Assembly: GCA_044868695.1 (NCBI GenBank)
Contig: JBIOWP010000006.1
Location: 1 to 20,459 of the forward strand
Source of the DNA: a bacterium
GTDB lineage: Bacteria; Sysuimicrobiota; Sysuimicrobiia; Sysuimicrobiales; Kaftiobacteriaceae
Length of the DNA: 20,459 bases
Direction of reading: 5' to 3'
The translations under genes were made by a program, and so were the position numbers. The notes beneath the pieces are model-generated. The model worked only from the letters and a program-made list of their open reading frames with translations, made no database searches and was not told where the DNA came from. Positions 14,715 through 20,459 of this stretch are shown piece by piece (position 1 is the stretch's first letter; the number at the start of each line of letters is the position of its first letter).

Positions 14715-15713
14715 TCACCGTGGTCTCCTGTGGCGTGACGCCAGCCGTTCCGCGACCGCGAGGGCCTGCCGCATGGGGCCGGCATCGGCGATCCCTTTGC
14801 CGGCGATGTCGAACGCGGTGCCGTGCGACGGCGTCGTCATGACGAACGGATAGCCGACGCCTACCGAGACACCCTGGTCGAACCCCAGCAGCTTGGTGGC
14901 GATCTGCGCCTGGTCATGGTACATGGACACGACCACGTCGAACTGGCCGGCGCGGGCCAGACGGAAGATGTGATCTGCCGGGTGCGGGCCGGACACCTGA
15001 AGGCCCTCTCCCGCCGCGGCGCGGATGGCGGGTTCGATGATCCGCTGCTCTTCATCTCCCAGCAGGCCGCCTTCACCGGCGTGGGGGTTGAGCGCGGCGA
15101 CGCCGATGCGCGGGGCGGCCTCGCCCGCGCCGGAGGCCGCCTGATGCGCCATCCGGATCGTGCGCAGGACGAGATCGCGGCTCAGGGCCGCGGCGACGTC
15201 GCGTAAGGCGACGTGCGACGTGGCGCGGGCGACCCACAGCAGGGTGTCCGCGCGCGCGGGGTGCGGGATGACGTTCATTTCGTCGTGCTCGCGGATGCCG
15301 GCCAGCGCGGCGCACAACTCGTACTCGTCCCGTACCTGGTAGCCGGCGCGGATGATGGCCTGCTTGTTCAACGGGGCGAAGACGATGCCATCCACGATGC
15401 CGTCGAGGGCCAGGCAGACCGCCGCTTCCAGCCATCCCGCGGCCGCTTTGCCAGCCGCCGGGCTCATCGCTCCGGGCCGCCAGGTGCGATCGGCCGGCGG
15501 CAGATGCGCGAACGCCACGGAGGCGCCCACCGGCGCGGGCCGACCGGCCGGCGCCGCCGGCAGCGAGACCCCGGTCAGCCGCCGCGTGTCCTCCCAGACC
15601 TGCAGGTCGCCGACGAGCAGGACCTCGAGGCCCTGGGCCGCGGCCAGCGCCTTCGCGGTCACTTCAGGACCGATGCCGGTCGGATCGCCGATCACCACCG
15701 CCAGGCGCGTCAC
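14715..15713 (-). CDS. pdxA: PdxA-family dehydrogenase (4-hydroxythreonine-4-phosphate or D-threonate-4-phosphate dehydrogenase; likely catabolic PdxA2 type)
   Basis: 'GDPTGIGPEV', 'APLNK', 'LNPHAGEGGLLGDEE', 'GPHPAD', 'MYHDQ' and 'PSHGTAFDIAGKG'. Confidence 0.9.
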   Translation of the reverse strand: MTRLAVVIGDPTGIGPEVTAKALAAAQGLEVLLVGDLQVWEDTRRLTGVSLPAAPAGRPAPVGASVAFAHLPPADRTWRPGAMSPAAGKAAAGWLEAAVCLALDGIVDGIVFAPLNKQAIIRAGYQVRDEYELCAALAGIREHDEMNVIPHPARADTLLWVARATSHVALRDVAAALSRDLVLRTIRMAHQAASGAGEAAPRIGVAALNPHAGEGGLLGDEEQRIIEPAIRAAAGEGLQVSGPHPADHIFRLARAGQFDVVVSMYHDQAQIATKLLGFDQGVSVGVGYPFVMTTPSHGTAFDIAGKGIADAGPMRQALAVAERLASRHRRPR

Positions 15714-15764
15714 GTGCCACAGTATCCCATGGCCGGCATAGGAATTCCAACCCTGTGCGTGAAT

Positions 15765-15776
15765 ACTGTATACAAT
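15765..15776. promoter_or_regulatory. Candidate GntR/FadR-family operator overlapping a -10-like hexamer in the divergent pdxA/MmgE intergenic region
   Basis: Palindrome TGTATACA (15767-15774) overlaps TACAAT (15771-15776). GntR-family sites are typically GT-Nx-AC palindromes, and a GntR gene lies in the downstream operon. Confidence 0.55.
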
Positions 15777-15796
15777 CCTGCCGGAGGTTGCCGTCG

Positions 15797-17179
15797 TTGG
15801 GCGTCACTGAGCAGCTTGCCCGCTTCGTGCTGGACACCCGCGCCATCCCGGACCCAGTGCGGTCTCTCGCCATGAACCACCTCGTCGATGGGATCGCGGT
15901 CATGCTGGCCGGCTCGACCGAGCAGAGCGGCACCCTGGTGCGCGCGCATCTGCGCGAGACCGGCGGGCGGCCGCAGGCCACAGTCCTGGGCTCGACCCTG
16001 CGGGCACCGCTGCAGCAGGCGGCGTGGGCGAATGGGACCGCCGGGCACGCGATGGACTATGACGACACCCAGCTCGCGACCGATCCCCACAGCGTCTACG
16101 GCCTGCTGACACACCCGACCGTTCCGGTCCTGGCCGCTGCGCTGGCGGCCGCGGAGGGCACCGGGGCGTCCGGGGCCGCGCTGCTGGACGCTTACATCGT
16201 CGGCGTGGAGGTCGCGTGCCGTGTGGCGGACGCGATTGATCCCCGCCACTACCGCGACGGATTCCACTCGACGGCGACGATGGGCGGGTTCGGGGCGGCG
16301 GCCGCGGCCGCGCGGTTGACTGGGTGCGACCTCGATCAGCTGCTGCGCGCCTTTGGCCTCACGGCCAGCATGGGCGCCGGGCTGCGCGAGAACTTCGGGA
16401 CGATGACCAAACCGTTTCACGCGGGCCGCGCCGCGGAGAACGGGCTGTTTGCCGTGCTGCTGGCGCGGCCCGGCTGGACCGCCGCGAAGGACATCCTGGA
16501 GGCCAAACGGGGGTTCTACCGCGCGGCCGCCGGCGGGTTCGATCCGTCCAAAATCGAGGGCAAGCTGGGCGCGCCGTATTTCTTCGTCGAGCCCGGCATC
16601 TCCATCAAACCGTACCCGTCGGGGTCGCTGTCGCACCCCGCGCAGGACGTGCTGCTGGAACTGGTGCGTGAGCACAACGTGACGGCCGAGCAGGTCGAGC
16701 GTATCGACGTCGGCGTGAACTCCCACGTCCCCAACGCCCTCATCCACACGCGCCCGACGACCGCGCTGGAAGGGAAGTTCAGCCTGCAGTTTCAGATGGC
16801 CATCGGCGTCCTGGAGCGCCGGGCCGGTATCGCGCAGTTCGTGGACGCCAAGGTCGCCGAGCCGCGCACGCGCGCCCTGATGGAGCGGGTCCGCGTCCAC
16901 GTGGATCCGGAGATCGAGGCGCTGGGCTACAACGAGATGCGCATGAAGGTGGACATCACATTGAAGGACGGCCGCCGCCTCTCGGGCTACGCCGACAAAG
17001 CCAAGGGCCACCCGCGCAAGCCGATGTCGCGCGACGATCTCAGGGAGAAATTCATGGACTGCGCCGCGCTGGTGATGCCCGGCGGCCAGGCGGAGCAGGC
17101 CCTGGCGAGATTGTGGGCGATCCGCGATGCCGTGCGCGCGGCGGAGCTGATGCCGCTGCTCACCGGACGTGCCCCGTGA
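15797..17179 (+). CDS. MmgE/PrpD family protein
   Basis: 'NGTAGHAMDYDD', 'THPT', 'GFHSTAT', 'NFGTMTKPFHAGRAAENG', 'KPYPSGSLSHP' and 'EGKFSLQF'. Start is probably TTG 15797, 9 nt after GGAGG (15783-15787), rather than the ORF-track 15755. Confidence 0.9.
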   Translation: MGVTEQLARFVLDTRAIPDPVRSLAMNHLVDGIAVMLAGSTEQSGTLVRAHLRETGGRPQATVLGSTLRAPLQQAAWANGTAGHAMDYDDTQLATDPHSVYGLLTHPTVPVLAAALAAAEGTGASGAALLDAYIVGVEVACRVADAIDPRHYRDGFHSTATMGGFGAAAAAARLTGCDLDQLLRAFGLTASMGAGLRENFGTMTKPFHAGRAAENGLFAVLLARPGWTAAKDILEAKRGFYRAAAGGFDPSKIEGKLGAPYFFVEPGISIKPYPSGSLSHPAQDVLLELVREHNVTAEQVERIDVGVNSHVPNALIHTRPTTALEGKFSLQFQMAIGVLERRAGIAQFVDAKVAEPRTRALMERVRVHVDPEIEALGYNEMRMKVDITLKDGRRLSGYADKAKGHPRKPMSRDDLREKFMDCAALVMPGGQAEQALARLWAIRDAVRAAELMPLLTGRAP

Positions 17180-17856
17180 GGACCGCCGACCTGCTGGTCG
17201 CAGACAACATCCCGGCCCGCGACCGGGTCCTGCGCAAGCTGCGCGAGGCCATCCTGGCCGGCCGGTTCGAGCCCGGCCAGCGGCTGCGGGAGCGAGAGCT
17301 GGTGGAGCGCATGGGTGTCAGCCGGACGCCGATCCGGGAGGCTCTGCGCAAGCTCGAGCTGGAAGGGCTGGTGACCACGATCCCCTACCGGGGGCCGGTG
17401 GTCACGCTGCCCACGGTGGACGATGCCCGCGCGCTCTACGAGACACGCGCCGCGCTCGAAGGGCAGGCGGTGGCGCTGTTCGCGCAGCGGGCGGGGCCGG
17501 AGGCGATCGCGCGGCTGCGCGACTCGATCCGGCAGGCGGCCCGGGCCCTGGCCCGCCGCAACCCCGCCGCTGTGCTGGCGGCCAACAACGCGTTCCACGA
17601 CGAGTTGGCGGCCGGCTGCGGCAACAGCCTGCTGCAGGCGATGATTGCCAACCTGCGGGACCGCATCGTGCTCCTGCGGGTGGAGTCGCTCTCCTACCCA
17701 GGCCGCCGGCCGCGGTCGATCGCCGAGCACCGGGCCATCGTGCGGCTCATCGAGCGCGGGAACGACGACCGCGCGCGCAAACTGCTGGAGCAGCACATCA
17801 TGCACGCCTGGGCCGCGGCCCGCGCTCAGCTCGTGGCCGCGCGGAGGGAACGATGA
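17176..17856 (+). CDS. GntR-family transcriptional regulator (FadR subfamily, FCD domain)
   Basis: wHTH 'LREAILAGRFEPGQRLRERELVERMGVSRTPIREALRKLELEGLV'. FCD 'NNAFHDEL', 'IAEHRAI' and 'EQHI'. GTGA overlap at 17176-17179. Confidence 0.93.
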   Translation: MRTADLLVADNIPARDRVLRKLREAILAGRFEPGQRLRERELVERMGVSRTPIREALRKLELEGLVTTIPYRGPVVTLPTVDDARALYETRAALEGQAVALFAQRAGPEAIARLRDSIRQAARALARRNPAAVLAANNAFHDELAAGCGNSLLQAMIANLRDRIVLLRVESLSYPGRRPRSIAEHRAIVRLIERGNDDRARKLLEQHIMHAWAAARAQLVAARRER

Positions 17857-18839
17857 ACCGCGGGAACGCCCCCATGGCCCCGACTGCCCGGCGCATCATG
17901 GAGCAGGTGCTGGCCGTGCGTCCCGGGGAGCGGCTGGTCATCGTGACGGACTTCGAGCGTCCGCGGTCGATCACGGACCTGCTGACCACGACCGCGGCGC
18001 AGTATGGCCTGCAGGCCGTCGTGGTGACGATGCCCGCACGCGACATGGGCGGCGAGGAGCCGCCGGGCGCCGTCGCCGCGGCGATGCGCGAAGCGGACGC
18101 CATCATCGTGCAGACCTCGCACTCGATGACGCACACCAACGCGGAGCGGGAGGCGCTGCGGGCCGGCGCGCGAGTGTGCAACATCCGCGAGGTGGATGAA
18201 GAGATGATGGTGCGCGGCGGCATGACCGCCGACTACAACGAGGTCGATCGCATCACCCGGGCCGGCGTGGCCCTGCTGACCGCCGCCCGCACCGCGCGCG
18301 TGACGACCCCGGAAGGGACGGATCTGCGCATGGACCTGACCGGCCGGCCGGCGTTCGGCCTGTCGGGGTTTGCGCGCGGGCGGGGAGAGTTTTCAGGCCT
18401 GCCCGACGGGGAGGCGGCCATCGCCCCGCTGGAGGGCACGACCGAAGGCGCCCTCGTCAATCCGTACCTGATCGAAAAGATCGGACAGGTCACCGAGCCG
18501 TTCCGGATGGAGATCCGCGGGGGTCGGATCGTACGCGTGGACGGCGGAACGCAGGCCCGCGCGCTGTCCGAGATCTTGGAACGCAAGGATCCCGGCGGCC
18601 GCAACTTCGCCGCGGAGCTCGCGCTGGGTACCAATCCGGCCTGCCGGCTGATCCCCAAGAGCCGGGAGGTGAAGAAGCGGTTGGGCCAGGCGCATGCCGC
18701 GCTGGGCGACAACCTCAGCCTGGGCGGCACGGTCGACAGCGCGATCCACCTGGATATCATCCTGTTGCAGCCGACGGTCATCCTGGATGAGCGGACCGTG
18801 CTCGATGCGGGAGATCCGCTGTTTGCGAAAGGTGTCTGA
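17853..18839 (+). CDS. M29 aminopeptidase-fold metalloenzyme (aminopeptidase T / NicX-like)
   Basis: 'VRPGERLVIVTD', 'GEEPP', 'SMTHT', 'TPEGTDL', 'LPDGEA', 'AELALGTNP', 'HAALGDN' and 'IHLD'. ATGA overlap with the gntR stop and GGAGG SD. Confidence 0.8.
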   Translation: MNRGNAPMAPTARRIMEQVLAVRPGERLVIVTDFERPRSITDLLTTTAAQYGLQAVVVTMPARDMGGEEPPGAVAAAMREADAIIVQTSHSMTHTNAEREALRAGARVCNIREVDEEMMVRGGMTADYNEVDRITRAGVALLTAARTARVTTPEGTDLRMDLTGRPAFGLSGFARGRGEFSGLPDGEAAIAPLEGTTEGALVNPYLIEKIGQVTEPFRMEIRGGRIVRVDGGTQARALSEILERKDPGGRNFAAELALGTNPACRLIPKSREVKKRLGQAHAALGDNLSLGGTVDSAIHLDIILLQPTVILDERTVLDAGDPLFAKGV

Positions 18840-18869
18840 CGCCATGCACACACAGAGAGGGGGAGACAG

Positions 18870-19829
18870 ATGAACGTGCATGCACGCATTGCGGCAGTGG
18901 CACTGGCGATCGTCCTGGTGGTCGGCGCCGGCGCCTTCGGACAGGGGGCCTACCCCACTAAACCCATCACGTTGGTGACCCACAGCAGCGTGGGCGCCGG
19001 AGGGGACATCTTCCTCCGCAACCTGGCGAAGAATCTGGAAGGCATCGTCAACGTGGCCGTCGTCATCGAGAACCGCAGCGGCGGAGCCTCCGCTAGAGCG
19101 GTGTCGTATGTCGCGACCAGCCCGAAGGACGGCTACATTCTCTACGGCAGCACACCCACGCTGCTGCAGACGCCGATCCTCACCAATACGCCCCACTCGT
19201 TCCTCGACCTGGAGCCGGTAGTGAACGTGTTCTTCGATCCGATGATCCTCTACGTCAAGGCGGACTCCCCGTGGAAGACACTCGTGGATATCGTCACCAC
19301 GGCGAAGGAACGACCGGGCACGATCCGCTTCGGGGCCGCGACACCGGGGTCGGTGGAGCACATGATTGCCCACCAGATCCAGAAGGTGGCGAAGATCCAG
19401 GTGCAGCCGGTGACGTTCGAGGGCGGCGGCGACCTGCTGCTCGCCGTGCTCGGCGGCCATGTGGACCTCGGCGTGGGAGAGTATGCGGAAGTGGCTTCTC
19501 AAGTGCAGGCGGGCCAGGTGCGCGTCGTCAACTCGTTCACCGCGCAGCGTCTGACCGGGACGATGATCCCAACGGCGACGGAGCAGGGCGTGCCCATTGT
19601 CGTCGAGAAGTTCCGCGGTCTGCTCGGCCCGAAGGGCATGGATCCCGCGGCCGTCACCTACTGGGAGCAGACGGTGAAGCAGGCGCTCGACCGCCCGGCG
19701 TACCGGGCGTACTACACGTCCGTGTACCTGCTGCCGGCGTACATGGAGCACACCCAGTACAAGGCCTACCTGCACAAGATGAACCAGACGCTCCGCCGGT
19801 ACATGAAGGAGATCGGGGTCATCAAATAG
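18870..19829 (+). CDS. tctC: Tripartite tricarboxylate transporter substrate-binding protein (TctC/Bug)
   Basis: Signal peptide, 'YPTKPITLV', 'GAGGDIFLR', 'VIENRSGG', 'KDGY', 'SPWKTL.D', 'FEGGG..L.AVLGGHVD' and 'IPTATEQG'. Confidence 0.9.
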   Translation: MNVHARIAAVALAIVLVVGAGAFGQGAYPTKPITLVTHSSVGAGGDIFLRNLAKNLEGIVNVAVVIENRSGGASARAVSYVATSPKDGYILYGSTPTLLQTPILTNTPHSFLDLEPVVNVFFDPMILYVKADSPWKTLVDIVTTAKERPGTIRFGAATPGSVEHMIAHQIQKVAKIQVQPVTFEGGGDLLLAVLGGHVDLGVGEYAEVASQVQAGQVRVVNSFTAQRLTGTMIPTATEQGVPIVVEKFRGLLGPKGMDPAAVTYWEQTVKQALDRPAYRAYYTSVYLLPAYMEHTQYKAYLHKMNQTLRRYMKEIGVIK

Positions 19830-19837
19830 GGGATGCC

Positions 19838-20287
19838 ATGAGGCGGGCGGATTTGCTGATCGGCCTGGCGCTGCTGGTCTTTGCCGTCGTCTATTTCGAG
19901 CAGTCCTTTGCGATTACGCGCGGATTCGCCTCCGACCGCCTCGGCCCGGCGTTCTTTCCGCGGCTCCTGGCGCTGGCGCTGGCGGTGCTGGCCGCGACGC
20001 TCGTGGTGCGGGCGGTGATGGGACGGTCCGATCCATCCCGCCCGCCCGCCGTGCGCTCCCGGGTCTTCGCCGCCGTGCTGGTGCTGCTCGCTGCCTACGC
20101 CCTCCTGCTCCCCAGCGCAGGATTCCTGCTGGCGACCCCGCTGATGCTCGGGACGGTCATCTGGCTGCTCGGCCTGCGCCGCTGGCCGTCGCTGGTCGGG
20201 ACAGCGCTCGGCGTGACGGCCACACTCTATCTCGTGTTTGGACGTGCGCTCCACGTGCTGCTGCCGATGGGACCGCTGGGACGATGA
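19838..20287 (+). CDS. tctB: Tripartite tricarboxylate transporter small membrane subunit TctB
   Basis: 149-aa hydrophobic protein from ATG 19838 with 'LGPAFFPRLL', 'GFLLAT' and C-terminal 'LHVLLPMG'. It lies between tctC and tctA. Confidence 0.87.
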   Translation: MRRADLLIGLALLVFAVVYFEQSFAITRGFASDRLGPAFFPRLLALALAVLAATLVVRAVMGRSDPSRPPAVRSRVFAAVLVLLAAYALLLPSAGFLLATPLMLGTVIWLLGLRRWPSLVGTALGVTATLYLVFGRALHVLLPMGPLGR

Positions 20288-20292
20288 ACTGC

Positions 20293-20327
20293 GGGAACAA
20301 GGGAACGAGGGAACCAGGGAAGGAGGG
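20293..20327 (+). repeat. Imperfect 8-bp tandem repeat (GGGAAnnA x4 plus GGG) in the tctB-tctA spacer
   Basis: GGGAACAA GGGAACGA GGGAACCA GGGAAGGA GGG, read directly from the sequence. Confidence 0.85.
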
Positions 20328-20332
20328 CCCCG

Positions 20333-20459
20333 ATGCTTGAGCGGTTCGCGCTGGGAGCCGCGATTGCGCTGCATCCGGTGTCCCTGCTGATGATGCTGCT
20401 GGGCGTGGCCTGGGGCATCATCGGCGGGGCCCTGCCGGGCATCTCCGGTTCGATTGCCA
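20333..20459 (+). CDS. tctA: Tripartite tricarboxylate transporter large subunit TctA, 3'-truncated by the window edge
   Basis: Not in the ORF track. My translation from ATG 20333 is MLERFALGAAIALHPVSLLMMLLGVAWGIIGGALPGISGSIA, with the TctA 'G..G.LPG' motif. SD AGGAGG lies upstream. Confidence 0.85.
   Translation, partial: MLERFALGAAIALHPVSLLMMLLGVAWGIIGGALPGISGSIA

Overview
High-GC bacterial chromosomal window with about 19 tightly packed genes in four blocks. There is no rRNA, tRNA, CRISPR array, transposase or phage gene. (1) 1-3125 (+): end of a sugar ABC transporter, then nanE and a BadF-type amino-sugar kinase. A 62-bp-period duplication carrying 25-bp palindromes lies just before nanE. 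(2) 3163-9158 (+): a THI5/NitT-type ABC transporter, an FAD oxidoreductase, an enoyl-CoA hydratase and a CaiB-type CoA-transferase, forming a catabolic unit of unknown substrate. (3) 9122-13789 (-): the most interesting block. It is a translationally coupled operon of mrfA/yprA (DExH helicase with DUF1998), mrfB/yprB (DEDDh exonuclease) and a 439-aa protein made of two tandem Cas4/RecB-like PD-(D/E)XK domains. The first domain looks catalytically intact and the second looks dead; each ends in a Cx5-7Cx5CGC motif. A perfect Gram-positive-type LexA box (ACGAAC-N4-GTTCGT) sits just upstream. I infer a DNA-damage-inducible MrfAB repair module with an extra pseudo-dimeric nuclease. (4) 13874-20459: a zinc-ribbon class III nucleotide cyclase and pdxA (-), divergent from MmgE/PrpD, GntR, an M29/NicX-like metalloenzyme and tctCBA (+). 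All calls come from motif reading by eye; no database search was run.
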